Below, in pieces: positions 1 through 9,776 of a stretch of DNA of 64,000 nt; position 1 is the stretch's first letter; every line of letters starts with the position of its first letter. A model generated the notes under the pieces. It had not been told where the DNA came from and did not search any database. It saw nothing but the letters and a program-made list of their open reading frames with translations. Both the position numbers and the translations under genes were made by a program. The stretch comes from Bryobacterales bacterium. Its GTDB lineage: Bacteria; Acidobacteriota; Terriglobia; Bryobacterales; UBA6623. The DNA lies in contig OZ253444.1 in the NCBI GenBank assembly GCA_965261065.1, positions 3,708,990 through 3,772,989 on the forward strand, read 5' to 3'.

Positions 1-239
1 CACGACAGGACTTCCGAATGGACCCGCCACCGAACGGTTTTGCGGCTCGGAGAGCGTGTTTGTCGGACGCTTTGGCCGCCGCCACGCCGGGGTCGGCTCG
101 GGGGCCGGCGCGGAACGGTTTGCTAGGATAGAGGCGTCGCGCTGTTACCGGCTCATGTTTCCGGGCCGCGTGTGGTTCCCCATAGTTTTCAGTACTTTGG
201 CCCGACGGGGCGAAAGCCGCCTCATCGCATCCAACCGCC

Positions 240-1421
240 ATGAAAGTCTCCTACCTGGAGTGTTTTTCGGGCATCAGCGGCGACATGTTGCTGGGCGCAT
301 TGGTCGATGCCGGTGTCGATCCGGACACATTGCGCGGCGAGATCGCCAAGCTGCGGCTCGACGGCGTGGCGCTCGGGTTCGAGAAGTGTAGCCGGGCCGG
401 GATCGGCGGAACGAACCTGACTGTTGAGGTGGTGCACGACCACAGCCACCGCTCGCTGAGCCGGATCGAGGAGATCATCGGCGGGAGCACGCTGGTCGAC
501 CCGGTGAAAGAGCGATCGATCCGCATCTTTCGCCGCCTGGGCGAGGTCGAGGCGGCGATCCATCAAATCCCGATCGAGAAGGTCCACTTCCACGAGGTCG
601 GCGCGCTCGATTCGATCGTGGATATCGTCGGGGCATGCATCGGGTTCAATGAGCTGGGCATTGAGAAGATCTACTGCTCACCGCTCAATCTCGGGAGCGG
701 AACGGTCAAAGCCGCGCACGGCGTGATGCCGGTACCCGCGCCCGCCACCGCGGCGCTGGTCGAGGGCGTGCCCTCGTACTCGGAAGGACCGGCGGTGGAG
801 CTGACCACCCCGACGGGCGCGGCGATCGTGACGACCCTGGCGGCCGAGTTCGGCTCGATGCCGGCCATGAAGGTTTCGAGCATCGGCTACGGCGCCGGCG
901 ACCGGGATTTCGAGGGACGGGCCAACCTGGCGCGCGTGCTGGTCGGCGAAACGACCTCGGCGACAGAAACCACACAGGTGTACGTGATCGAGGCCAACGT
1001 CGATGACATGAGCCCGCAACTGGCCGGGTTCGCGCGCGAGCGGTTGCTCGAAGCCGGGGCGCTCGATGTGACGCTTGCGCCGGTCTACATGAAGAAAGAC
1101 CGGCCCGGCTTCCTCGTCTCGGTACTGGCGAAGCCCGAGGACCGCGAGAAACTCAGCGAAATGCTCTTTGCCGAAACGACAACACTCGGCGTCCGCATGT
1201 ACGCCGCTGAACGCCGCGTGCTGGAGCGCTCCTGGCGCACCGTTGAGACACCCTACGGCGAGGTGCGCATCAAGGTCGCCAGCGAGAACGGCACCGTGCG
1301 CAATTTCGCGCCCGAGTACGAGGATTGCCGCAAGCTGGCGCTCGATCGAAACGTCCCTTTGAAGGAAGTTCTGCAGCAGGCCAACTTCGCCTATCTGAAG
1401 CTCGGCAAGCCCCAAGTCTGA
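240..1421 (+). CDS. larC: LarC-family nickel insertion protein (DUF111)
   Basis: 393-aa ORF. N-terminus MKVSYLECFSGISGDMLLGALVDAGV and HFHEVGALDSIVDIVG match the family as I recall it. ATG start, TGA stop. Confidence 0.8.
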   Translation: MKVSYLECFSGISGDMLLGALVDAGVDPDTLRGEIAKLRLDGVALGFEKCSRAGIGGTNLTVEVVHDHSHRSLSRIEEIIGGSTLVDPVKERSIRIFRRLGEVEAAIHQIPIEKVHFHEVGALDSIVDIVGACIGFNELGIEKIYCSPLNLGSGTVKAAHGVMPVPAPATAALVEGVPSYSEGPAVELTTPTGAAIVTTLAAEFGSMPAMKVSSIGYGAGDRDFEGRANLARVLVGETTSATETTQVYVIEANVDDMSPQLAGFARERLLEAGALDVTLAPVYMKKDRPGFLVSVLAKPEDREKLSEMLFAETTTLGVRMYAAERRVLERSWRTVETPYGEVRIKVASENGTVRNFAPEYEDCRKLALDRNVPLKEVLQQANFAYLKLGKPQV

Positions 1422-1430
1422 CAAGCCGCA

Positions 1431-3467
1431 ATGAAGTATTACCTGACCACGCCGATCTATTACGTCAACGCGACGCCCCACATCGGTCACGCCTACACCA
1501 CCGCGGTGGCCGACACCATCAAGCGCTTCCGCGGCATGGTGGGGGATGAGGTTCATCTCACCACCGGCACCGACGAGCACGGCACGAACGTCGAGCGCTC
1601 GGCGCGCCGCGCCGGCTGGGAGCCCCAGCAGTTCGCCGACCGGGTTTCCGCAGCGTTTCGCGGCGAGTGGGACGAACTGGGATTCGAGTACGATTCCTTC
1701 CGCCGCACCACCGACCCCAAACACGCCAAGGCCGTCCAAGAGATCTTCACCCGCTGCCTCGACAACGGCGCCATCTACAAGGATTCCTACACCGGCAAGT
1801 ACCACGTCTCTGACGAGGCCTTCGTCACCGACGAGGAAGCCGCGCTCGCCGACCCCGACAAGATCATCACCATCACCGAAGAGAACTACTTCTTCCGGCT
1901 GTCGGCGTACCAAGACAAGCTCCTCGCGCTCTACCGCGAGCAACCCAACTTCATCCGGCCCGAGACGCGCCGCAACGAGGTGCTCTCGTTCGTCGAGGGC
2001 GGGCTGAAGGACCTCTCGGTGAGCCGCTCGAAGCTGAAGTGGGGCATCCCGCTGCCGAACGATCCCGAGCACGTTTTTTACGTTTGGTTCGACGCGCTCA
2101 CGACCTACATGAGCGCCATCGGCTACGGCGAGGAAGGCGAGCGCCGCGCGTTGTGGGAGAAGCTCTGGCCCGCCGACCTTCATCTCGTTGGCAAAGAGAT
2201 CCTGCGCTTTCACGCCGTCTACTGGCCGGCGTTCTTGATGGCCGCCGGCTTGCCGCTGCCGAAGCAGATCTACGCGCACGGCTGGCTCATCTTCCAGGGC
2301 GACAAGATGAGCAAGTCGAAGGGCAACATCGTGCGCGCGAAACCGATCGACCAGGTGGTCGGCATCGAGGGCCTGCGCTACTACCTGCTGCGCGACATCG
2401 TCTTCGGGCAAGACGGCAATTTCAGCTCCGAGGCGCTCGTCAAGCGCTACAACGCCGACCTGGCCAACGGGCTCGGCAATCTGGCCAGCCGCACTCTGTC
2501 GATGATTCACCGCTACTTCGCCGGCGAGATCCCCAAGCCGGCCGGCGACGACGATTTGGCCGGCCGCGCGGCGGAGACGATCGCCGCCACGCGTGCGCAC
2601 TTCGAGAACCTCGACTTCTCGCGCGGCCTGGAATGCGTGTGGGCGTTGATCGGGGCGGCCGACAAGTATATCGTCGAGCACAAGCCTTGGGTGTTGATCA
2701 AAGGCGAGGACGAGGCGTCGCAGGAGAAGCTGCGCACGGTCCTCTACAACGCCGCGGAGGTGTTGCGTATCGTTACGGCACTGGTCTATCCGGTGATGCC
2801 CAAATCGGCGGAGAAGATCTGGAGCCAACTCGGGCAAGGGGCGGCACTCGCCGACATGCGGCTCGACGATCTGCAATGGGGCCAACTCGCCGCGGGCACG
2901 AAGATCGGCGAGTCGGTAGCGGTCTTCCCGAGATTAGACGTAGAGGAGTCGGTAAAGAAGATGGAACAGTTGGAAGACGAAGCTCTCAAGGAGCAGGCCG
3001 CGATCATGGGCAAGCAGCCCGAGTCCGCCGCGGCGGCACCGGCCGCCGAATCCGCTGGGGTGGAGGCCACGGCCGCGGAGGTCGGCGCCGCGAAGGGAGG
3101 CAGGGTAGCGGGTGATGCCGCTGAGGCCGACGCCGCGCCCAAGATCGCGATCGACGACTTCGCCAAGGTCGAGATGCGGGTGGGCCAGGTGAAGACCGCC
3201 GAGAAGATCAAGAAGGCCGACAAGCTGCTGCACCTCACCGTCGACATCGGCGAGCCCGAGCCACGCTCCATCGTCGCCGGCATCGCCGAAGCCTACGACC
3301 CCGACACGCTCATCGGACGCAAGGTGGCCATCGTCGCCAATCTCAAGCCCCGCAAGCTGCGCGGTTTGGTCTCCGAAGGCATGATCGTTGCCGCCACCGG
3401 CGATGACGGCAAACCGAGCCTCGTCAGTTTCATCGAGGACGCCCCCATCGGCGCCCGCCTAAGCTAG
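1431..3467 (+). CDS. metG: Methionine--tRNA ligase with C-terminal EMAP-like tRNA-binding domain
   Basis: 678-aa ORF. Class I HIGH motif (ATPHIGHAYT) and KMSKS motif (KMSKSKGN). An Ala/Glu-rich linker precedes FAKVEMRVGQV...KPRKLRGLVSEGMI. Confidence 0.95.
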   Translation: MKYYLTTPIYYVNATPHIGHAYTTAVADTIKRFRGMVGDEVHLTTGTDEHGTNVERSARRAGWEPQQFADRVSAAFRGEWDELGFEYDSFRRTTDPKHAKAVQEIFTRCLDNGAIYKDSYTGKYHVSDEAFVTDEEAALADPDKIITITEENYFFRLSAYQDKLLALYREQPNFIRPETRRNEVLSFVEGGLKDLSVSRSKLKWGIPLPNDPEHVFYVWFDALTTYMSAIGYGEEGERRALWEKLWPADLHLVGKEILRFHAVYWPAFLMAAGLPLPKQIYAHGWLIFQGDKMSKSKGNIVRAKPIDQVVGIEGLRYYLLRDIVFGQDGNFSSEALVKRYNADLANGLGNLASRTLSMIHRYFAGEIPKPAGDDDLAGRAAETIAATRAHFENLDFSRGLECVWALIGAADKYIVEHKPWVLIKGEDEASQEKLRTVLYNAAEVLRIVTALVYPVMPKSAEKIWSQLGQGAALADMRLDDLQWGQLAAGTKIGESVAVFPRLDVEESVKKMEQLEDEALKEQAAIMGKQPESAAAAPAAESAGVEATAAEVGAAKGGRVAGDAAEADAAPKIAIDDFAKVEMRVGQVKTAEKIKKADKLLHLTVDIGEPEPRSIVAGIAEAYDPDTLIGRKVAIVANLKPRKLRGLVSEGMIVAATGDDGKPSLVSFIEDAPIGARLS

Positions 3468-3511
3468 CCGGCGCCAACGGCACAAGCACCAACCCGAGCG
3501 ACTGACGCGGC

Positions 3512-3532
3512 AACCGAGCCGTGACCGTCAGT
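3512..3532 (+). repeat. REP-like AACCGAGCCGTGACCGT repeat, short copy
   Basis: aaccgagccgtgaccgtcag lies just 3' of metG. The same core occurs at 11472, 22992 and, inverted, at 25342. Confidence 0.6.
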
Positions 3533-5152
3533 AACGTCTCAAGCCAAGCCTAGTTGAGAGGCCGTGTATTCGCCTTTTGAAGCGTTTACTGAACAGAGTT
3601 CGGGGCCCCTCGTCCTCCTCGTCCCGAAAAGGGCTCCGTCCCCTTTGGTTCCCCAGAAGCAGATCAACTCAACTCGGCTAGATAAAGAGTGGTCTTCAGA
3701 TGCCCAAAGACTGGCTGACTGGGCCATTCAGGGAGCGTTAGTATCCCCTGTTGATCCTCTACCAAACCTTCTCTGCACCGTATCGCCTTCCCCCCTTATC
3801 GCGACGCTTCCAACGGCCAACTCTTTCATAACTTCTTTATTTCCTGTACGATGCCCGTGTAAGATTGCGGCAGTGTGTCGCAATCCTAGAGAATTTACGG
3901 CAGCCGCAGCAGACCTTCCAGGCTGCTGCCCTCAGAGACCCTGCTCGCCGGCGGGTTGGCGGGTGCACCGTCTGCACATGGACCCGTGGTACATCGGGCA
4001 AGGGCTGAAGCGGGAGTGCCGGGTGCGGTGCACAGAGCAGGTGACGAGCGACTAGCTTTTTTTGTGGCGGTCGCGTGATCGGCCCGCCAGCAGCAATCGT
4101 GCGTAGATTTACTCTAAGGCGAGCGGGCTCTCTTCCTGACCAAAGCGATACGTGCCATTCGTAACCCTTCAGCTAACCCTGAGACACCCTCTATTTTATG
4201 GGGAAATCGCACTCCGCACCCGGACAGTCGAGGACGTTCGGACAGGCATCCCCGAGACAGGTTAGCACGGCGGTCTCATCGACCACGCGGCGACCATCCG
4301 ATGTCAGCAGCAGCTTGATGGTCTGCTTCTGCATGGCCTGCACGCTTTTCAGCCGTGCAGTATTCTCATCGACTGCCTCCTGAAGATCGGCGAGCAGGTC
4401 CTTGATCTCGTCATGTTGGACGATCATGTTCCCATCATGCGTTACCAGGTCGTCGTGCACCGTAATCGTATTTTCCCAGGCGGCCTCAATTTCTGCGCCG
4501 TCGATAACGCCGTCACAAAAGTCGAAGTCATCGATAATCGATTCGTCGGCCAAGACAAGCGCCGCGGTAATGGCAGCGGCAGCGCAGAACGGCGCATTCG
4601 TTCCCCCTCCTACTCCTGCGACGACGACGACGACGAGTGCTTCACAAGTGAAATTGGCCACGATGTCAGCCCCTTTTAAAACGATAAGCGCGATTCTAAA
4701 GCCAGCAACAACGTTTGCATCAGACCGCGGGGGTGGGCAAGCGGGTAAGCCGTAGGCCGGGGGATTCAGGGGTGAGAGGAAGACCGGCTCGGGACCGACC
4801 GCCTTGGGTTCCACACCGAGTGACGCCGCCTCGTCGGACGCGGGAGCTTCCAGAAGTTTCAGAGCCTCTAAGAGGAGCGGATGGTCAATCCCCATCGCCA
4901 GAGCTTTCACCTCTTCGTAAGTGAGATTTTCAATTTGCTCCCTAAGGTCAGACAGTTGACCCCGGGAAATCCCAGGTTCAACGCCACTGACTTCGTCGAT
5001 GGGGTACAGCACGATGAGCTGGTCGGTCAGGCGCAACAGGTCCGAACGCACTTCCTCTGGGTTGGTTGTGGGCCTGTTGAATAATCGGCTCCGGAGGGGC
5101 ACGGTCTGCGCTTGAGCCAGTAGGACTTGACCTGCACCCATCAATACGCAAA

Positions 5153-6183
5153 GCCGGGTATCCACTTGACTCAGGTGACCCCAACATCTTGTAGTTGGGC
5201 TCACAGCGTCGTAGCGTCCCAATCGGCGACGATCGAGCGGTACGGCGTCGGCTCCACCGCCATGGCCTGCTGCACAAGGCGGTAGAAGAGCTTGCTCCGA
5301 CTGCGTGATCTGCGCCGATTGAAGCGGAACACGAACTCGTCGAGATAGTAGTCCAGATGCTCGTGGCTGACCGCCCCCTGATGCGTGCCCAGCATCCAGC
5401 GCTTGAGTAGCGAGATCGCCAAGTGCACCCTCGGCAGTAGCTGCGAGGCCTGCTCGCGGCGGTTGTTAATCGAGATGATACGACGCTGGTAGTCCTTCTT
5501 CTTGAGCGGATCGTAGCCCGACCAGTTGTCGGTAACAACCACGCTGCCCGGCTCGACCGACTCCTCGACGAAGGGCATCAAACTGGCCGCCGAGGCGTTC
5601 TGAACGCGCTGCATGCGGATGCGCCCCAGCCCGGTGCCTCTCTCTTCCGCTGCGACTGCAATCAACGCTTTACGCTTGGTCTGCCGGCCGATTACCCCTT
5701 CTTCTTCAGCGCCCCAGTAGGTCTCATCGACCTCGACGAGGCCCGTCAATCGCTCCCGCCCCGGGCGCACCATCGCTCGCCTCAGCTTGTGCATCCAAGG
5801 CCAGGCGGTTTGGTAACTGCCCAGTCCCAGAACGCGCTGTAGACCCAGGGCGCTGGCCCCATTCTTCTGCGTGGTGATGGTCCACATCGCCCGGAACCAC
5901 AGCCGCAGCGGCTTGCGTGTGTCTTGAAAGATCGTGCCGGCGGTGACGGAGGTTTGCCGCCCGCAGCGAGCGCATTCGAACCACACTTTGCGCACCGGCC
6001 AAGCGCGCTCATGCCCACACCTTGGACAGCGGAAACCCTCTGGCCAGCGCAAGGCGAACAGATAGTCGCGGCAAGCCTCCTCGCTCGCAAAGTGAGACTC
6101 GAATTCGAGTTGGTCGCGCGGGTAATCCTCCACCAGGCCCTACACTACATCTTGGGGTCACCTGAGTCAAGTGGATACCCAGC
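5153..6183 (-). mobile_element. IS1595-family insertion sequence, copy 1 (1031 bp)
   Basis: Terminal inverted repeats GCCGGGTATCCACTTGACTCAGGTGACCCC and GGGGTCACCTGAGTCAAGTGGATACCCAGC. Perfect 8-bp TSD TACGCAAA at 5145-5152 and 6184-6191. Confidence 0.9.
5201..6133 (-). CDS. IS1595-family transposase (N-terminal zinc ribbon plus ISXO2-like DDE domain)
   Basis: 310-aa ORF. CxxC pairs (FRCPRCGH..., ECARCGRQ) are followed by a DDE-type region. Near-identical to 47314-48249. Confidence 0.88.
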   Translation of the reverse strand: MEDYPRDQLEFESHFASEEACRDYLFALRWPEGFRCPRCGHERAWPVRKVWFECARCGRQTSVTAGTIFQDTRKPLRLWFRAMWTITTQKNGASALGLQRVLGLGSYQTAWPWMHKLRRAMVRPGRERLTGLVEVDETYWGAEEEGVIGRQTKRKALIAVAAEERGTGLGRIRMQRVQNASAASLMPFVEESVEPGSVVVTDNWSGYDPLKKKDYQRRIISINNRREQASQLLPRVHLAISLLKRWMLGTHQGAVSHEHLDYYLDEFVFRFNRRRSRSRSKLFYRLVQQAMAVEPTPYRSIVADWDATTL

Positions 6184-6518
6184 TACGCAAAAACAGGCCA
6201 ATGTAGCAAACATTCGCACCGCTCTTATTCTCGTTGTCATCATCAGTTTTCCCTCCTCTGAGATTCGGCACTAAACCATACTGAAAGTTTTTTGATTCCG
6301 GTTCGCATCACGTGCATCTCCTCTTCTCTTACCTTGACTGGGTCGCAACAAGGGCCTACTGTCGACCCTCGCGCCGGCGGGGCGGCTTCGTTGAGCCAGC
6401 CCACCAGCCTAGGGTACCTGAAATCCCTGTTGCAGCAAGGTTCATTTTCGGCTGGTACTAGGGGTTCAGTACTTTTGGGGCTAGTAGGGTAGCGACCAGG
6501 GCCACCATGCACTAGAGT

Positions 6519-6560
6519 GGCAGTTCGGGGCAGTTCGGGGACAAAGCCCGAACTCGGTTT
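6519..6560 (+). repeat. GGCAGTTCGG decamer repeats plus hairpin (R-family copy R1)
   Basis: ggcagttcggggcagttcggggacaaagcccgaactcgg. Stem AGTTCGGG/CCCGAACT with loop GACAAAG. Confidence 0.75.
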
Positions 6561-6644
6561 GGCAAGGCGACCTCGCGACACTGCTCGATGTGGCCGATCG
6601 CTACGCAACGATTCCGCTGTGCAACATCCTCCTTCTTCCAGACC

Positions 6645-6810
6645 CAGTCACGGAATCCTCATCCCACAGAATCAACAACTTGCGGCTAAAAAGGGCGATT
6701 TCCCCAACCCCGTGCGATACCCTGAGACCGGGCGAGGGGAGCTTGACAACCCACCAATGCCATGATTGACAAAACGACCGAAAACCTTGCCAAACTGTGC
6801 CAAAAGGCCG
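6645..6810 (+). repeat. Degenerate short copy of the E-module (E-d)
   Basis: Begins CAGTCACGGAAT..CCTCATCC and ends CGAAAACCTTGCCAAACTGTGCCAAAAGG. These resemble the two ends of the modules at 24858 and 41535. The middle is not alignable by eye. Confidence 0.35.
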
Positions 6811-6840
6811 ACCAGCCGGCGAGAGGACACGAAAGAGGGG

Positions 6841-7240
6841 TCAGCCCTTCTTGCCTGGTCGAAAACCTATCTGGCGGTCGGACTTTGGCAGGGGCGGAGC
6901 CATCAGCTTTCGGATGGCGTCGAAGACGGCCTTGAACTGGACATCGTACTTGTTCTCCATCTGGTCAAGCTTGCGAGCCAGGTCCTTATGGTTGGCGAGC
7001 ATCTCGCGCAGGCGCACGAACGCCCGCATGATGGCGATGTTCACCTGAACGGCACGCTGGCTGCGCAAGACGCTGGAAAGCATTAGAATCCCGTGCTCGG
7101 TAAATGCCCAAGGGAGCTTCCGGCGACCGCCCCGACCGGTTTTTGATGTCACAATCCGTGACATTCAAAGATTCGAACTCGTGGTCGTCGAGATGGAACG
7201 CGAAATCTTCAGGGAAGCGGCCCGACCGAGTGAACTTGCG
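6841..7240 (-). pseudogene. ORF6N/KilA-N-like domain gene remnant (N-terminally truncated, frameshifted)
   Basis: Frame A (7240-7166) reads RKFTRSGRFPEDFAFHLDDHEFESL. Frame B (7164-6841) reads [51 protein letters not shown]. Together these form the conserved core of ORF6N-type proteins as I recall them. A stop sits immediately upstream at 7241-7243. Confidence 0.55.
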
Positions 7241-7245
7241 CTAGG

Positions 7246-8583
7246 ATGGAGCCGGACCTGCGGAAAGGAGCTCCTCCCATGCCTGCCTCGATGCCTGCTT
7301 CGATGCCCACCTCGTTCGATCGCCGTTTCTTCTTCAAATACGCCAGCGCGCTGCCCTTGCTCGGGTCGCTGGCGTTCGAAGGTTTCAAAGAGAAAGCCCT
7401 GGCCGCGGTGGGCAAGAGCGCCTCCGACAACATCTACACCCGCATCGGCGTCAAGCCCCTGATCAACGCCCGCGGCGTGTGGACCTACCTCAGCGGCACT
7501 CTGGAACTACCCGAAGTACGAGCCGCCAAAGAGCAAGCGGCGCATCACTACGTCGAAATCTTCGAGCTGCAACGCGCCGTAGGCAAGCGCCTCGCCGAGC
7601 TGTCGGGCGCCGAAGCCGGGATGGTCACCTCCGGCGCGGCCGGAGCGATGGCGGCGGCAACCGCGGCCTGCATTGCGGGCAACGACCCGGCCCGCATCTG
7701 GCAACTCCCCGACACCACGGGAATGAAGTACGAGGTCATCATGTTCCCCGGGCGGAACGCGTTCGACAGCGCCCTCCGCCTGGCCGGCGGCAAGCTGGTG
7801 CTGGCTCCGACGCTCGACGACATCCAACCGGCCATCAACGACAACACCGCAATGATCTACACCACCAGGGCCGGCGAGCAACTCGAAAAGGCACAGGCCA
7901 TCGCCACGCGCGCCAACGTGCCGTTGCTGCTCGACCAGGCGGCCGGCATCCCGCCGATCGACAGCATGCGCCTCTACGCCAAGATGGGCATCGACCTCTA
8001 CACCTTCAGCGGTGGCAAGGGGCTGCGCGGCCCGCAGTGCAGCGGCCTCTTATTCGGTCGCAAGGACTTGATCGACGCGGCGTTGGCCAACTACAACCCA
8101 TGGGAAGGGTCGGTCTGCCGTCCGATGAAGGTCGGCAAAGAGGAGATCATGGGTTGCCTGGCGGCTGTGGAGTGGTGGGTAAAGGCTGACCTCGGCAAGC
8201 TCGACCGGGAGTGGCGCGACCGGCTGACTCGCATCAAAAAGCTGGCCGAGTCCGTGCCTGGCGTCAAGGCCGAGATTTCAGAGCCCGAGGACCCCTATCG
8301 TAACCCGCGGGTCAAGATCAGTTGGGACGAGCAGGCCTGGGGCTTCACCATCGCCGATTGCGACCGCCAGTTGCGCGAAGGCGAGACGCGCATCGAGGTT
8401 CTTACGATCGACAACAATCCACCGCTGGTGCCCGCCGTGCGGGAGAAGGACTTGAAAATGCCCGCGCGCGCCGACGAAATGCACATCATCGCCCAAACGC
8501 TTCGGCCGGGCGATGACATGATCATCGGACGGCGGCTGCGCGAGATCCTCGGCAAGGCGCGCAAGAAGACCAAGAAGGCATGA
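7246..8583 (+). CDS. SelA-like PLP-dependent enzyme with twin-arginine signal
   Basis: 445-aa ORF. Tat motif FDRRFFFKY is followed by a hydrophobic stretch. INARGVWTYLSG and FSGGKGLRGPQ (candidate PLP lysine) resemble the SelA/DgaE fold family. Alternative ATG at 7279. Confidence 0.65.
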   Translation: MEPDLRKGAPPMPASMPASMPTSFDRRFFFKYASALPLLGSLAFEGFKEKALAAVGKSASDNIYTRIGVKPLINARGVWTYLSGTLELPEVRAAKEQAAHHYVEIFELQRAVGKRLAELSGAEAGMVTSGAAGAMAAATAACIAGNDPARIWQLPDTTGMKYEVIMFPGRNAFDSALRLAGGKLVLAPTLDDIQPAINDNTAMIYTTRAGEQLEKAQAIATRANVPLLLDQAAGIPPIDSMRLYAKMGIDLYTFSGGKGLRGPQCSGLLFGRKDLIDAALANYNPWEGSVCRPMKVGKEEIMGCLAAVEWWVKADLGKLDREWRDRLTRIKKLAESVPGVKAEISEPEDPYRNPRVKISWDEQAWGFTIADCDRQLREGETRIEVLTIDNNPPLVPAVREKDLKMPARADEMHIIAQTLRPGDDMIIGRRLREILGKARKKTKKA

Positions 8584-8924
8584 GGGTGGCCGCCCCCGGA
8601 AGCGAATTGGCTCTTGCTAAGGAAAGCAGCTAGCGAAGTCTGCGACTTCAAGCCGACGAGAGAGCGCCCCTGTGGTGTAAGCCTCCAGGCTTGCCGAGTC
8701 TCGATTCTTCGGGACTCAGGATGGCAAGTGACCGAGCAGCGGCTGTCGCTCGAGGACCTGAGAACCGAGGAATCGCTCAGTCGAGATCTCTGGGGGCAAA
8801 GGCTGGAGGCTTACGCCACACGCCCGCGCGGGCGCCTCTCTCAAAAATTGACACTCTGTTACGTTGTTACGTCCTTTAGACGATTCGCATCCGCAACACC
8901 ACGGCCGGAAAGAGCCCGCCCGCG

Positions 8925-9704
8925 TTGATCATCGACTCCCACTGCCATCTCGACGCCCACGGGTTCGACGAAGATCGCGACCAAGTCATCGCGCGGGCCC
9001 GCGAGGCCGGCGTGGAAGCGATGCTCACGATCGGCACCGGCGACGGCCCGCCGGACCTCGAGCCGGCCATCCGGTTGGCCCAGCGCTACCCTGAGGTCTA
9101 CGCCACGGTGGGCGTCCATCCGCACGATGCCAGCAAAGCGGATGGCGAGACGTTTCAACGTCTCGCGGAGTTGCTCGCGCACCCGAAGGTGTTGGCTCTG
9201 GGCGAGATTGGGCTCGACTATCACTACGACAACTCCCCCCGTGAGATCCAGCGTGACGTCTTCGTCCACCAGATGGATCTAGCGCGCGCTGCCGGCAAGC
9301 CGATCATCATCCATACCCGCGACGCCTGGGACGACACGATCGAGTTGCTTCGCGCGCACTGGCAAGAGGATGGGGGCATCATGCACTGTTTTTCCGGCGG
9401 TGACGAGGACGCGCGGCAGGTGCTCGATCTCGGGTTTCACATCTCCTACGCCGGGATTCTCACCTTCAACCGTTCCGCCGACGTCCGCGAGACTGCCGCG
9501 GGCCTGCCGCTCGACCGTCTCTTGGTCGAGACCGACGCTCCTTATCTGACTCCCGCTCCGCACCGCAAGATTAGCCGCAACGAGCCTCGTTTCGTGGTGG
9601 AAACGGCGTGCTGCCTGGCTGAAGCGAAGGGGCTCGATTACGAAACGCTCGCCCGGGCCACGAGCGCCAACTTTCGCCGGTTGTTCGATTTGCCACCGGC
9701 TTGA
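8925..9704 (+). CDS. tatD: TatD-family metal-dependent hydrolase
   Basis: 259-aa ORF. IIDSHCHLD, VGVHPHD, GEIGLDYHY and VETDAPYL motifs. Confidence 0.9.
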   Translation: MIIDSHCHLDAHGFDEDRDQVIARAREAGVEAMLTIGTGDGPPDLEPAIRLAQRYPEVYATVGVHPHDASKADGETFQRLAELLAHPKVLALGEIGLDYHYDNSPREIQRDVFVHQMDLARAAGKPIIIHTRDAWDDTIELLRAHWQEDGGIMHCFSGGDEDARQVLDLGFHISYAGILTFNRSADVRETAAGLPLDRLLVETDAPYLTPAPHRKISRNEPRFVVETACCLAEAKGLDYETLARATSANFRRLFDLPPA

Positions 9705-9776
9705 TGTACTCGGGCTTGATTGCCTGGGTGTGGTGGAGAGGTATACACTTAGTTTTTCACCCGCCCCTTCCACCGC

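Larger units (their letters stand above)
4191..6243 (-). pseudogene. Secreted Cys-containing hypothetical protein, split in its signal-peptide region by IS1595 copy 1
   Basis: Removing 5153-6183 plus one TSD copy joins MMTTRIRAVRMFATLACFCV (6243-6184, RBS GGAGGG upstream) in frame to LMGAGQVLLAQAQTVPL... (from 5144 down). The rejoined ORF is about 337 aa. Visibly lower GC than its neighbours. Confidence 0.7.

Noticed and set aside
678-2885. Very long antisense or overlapping ORFs. Examples are 678-2885 (minus), 11577-13250 (plus), 15828-17147 (plus), 25472-26578 (minus), 39820-41019 (minus) and 52638-53990 (minus).
   Set aside because: They lie opposite or out of frame to genes with clear family motifs. 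Their translations are Arg/Ala/Gly/Pro-rich and low in complexity, which is typical of shadow ORFs in GC-rich DNA.
3564-4055. A 163-codon ORF in the lower-GC spacer after metG.
   Set aside because: It has no RBS, no recognisable motif, and atypical composition with many rare codons. The region also contains isolated hairpins (3862-3885 and 3905-3930). I treat it as non-coding or degraded DNA.
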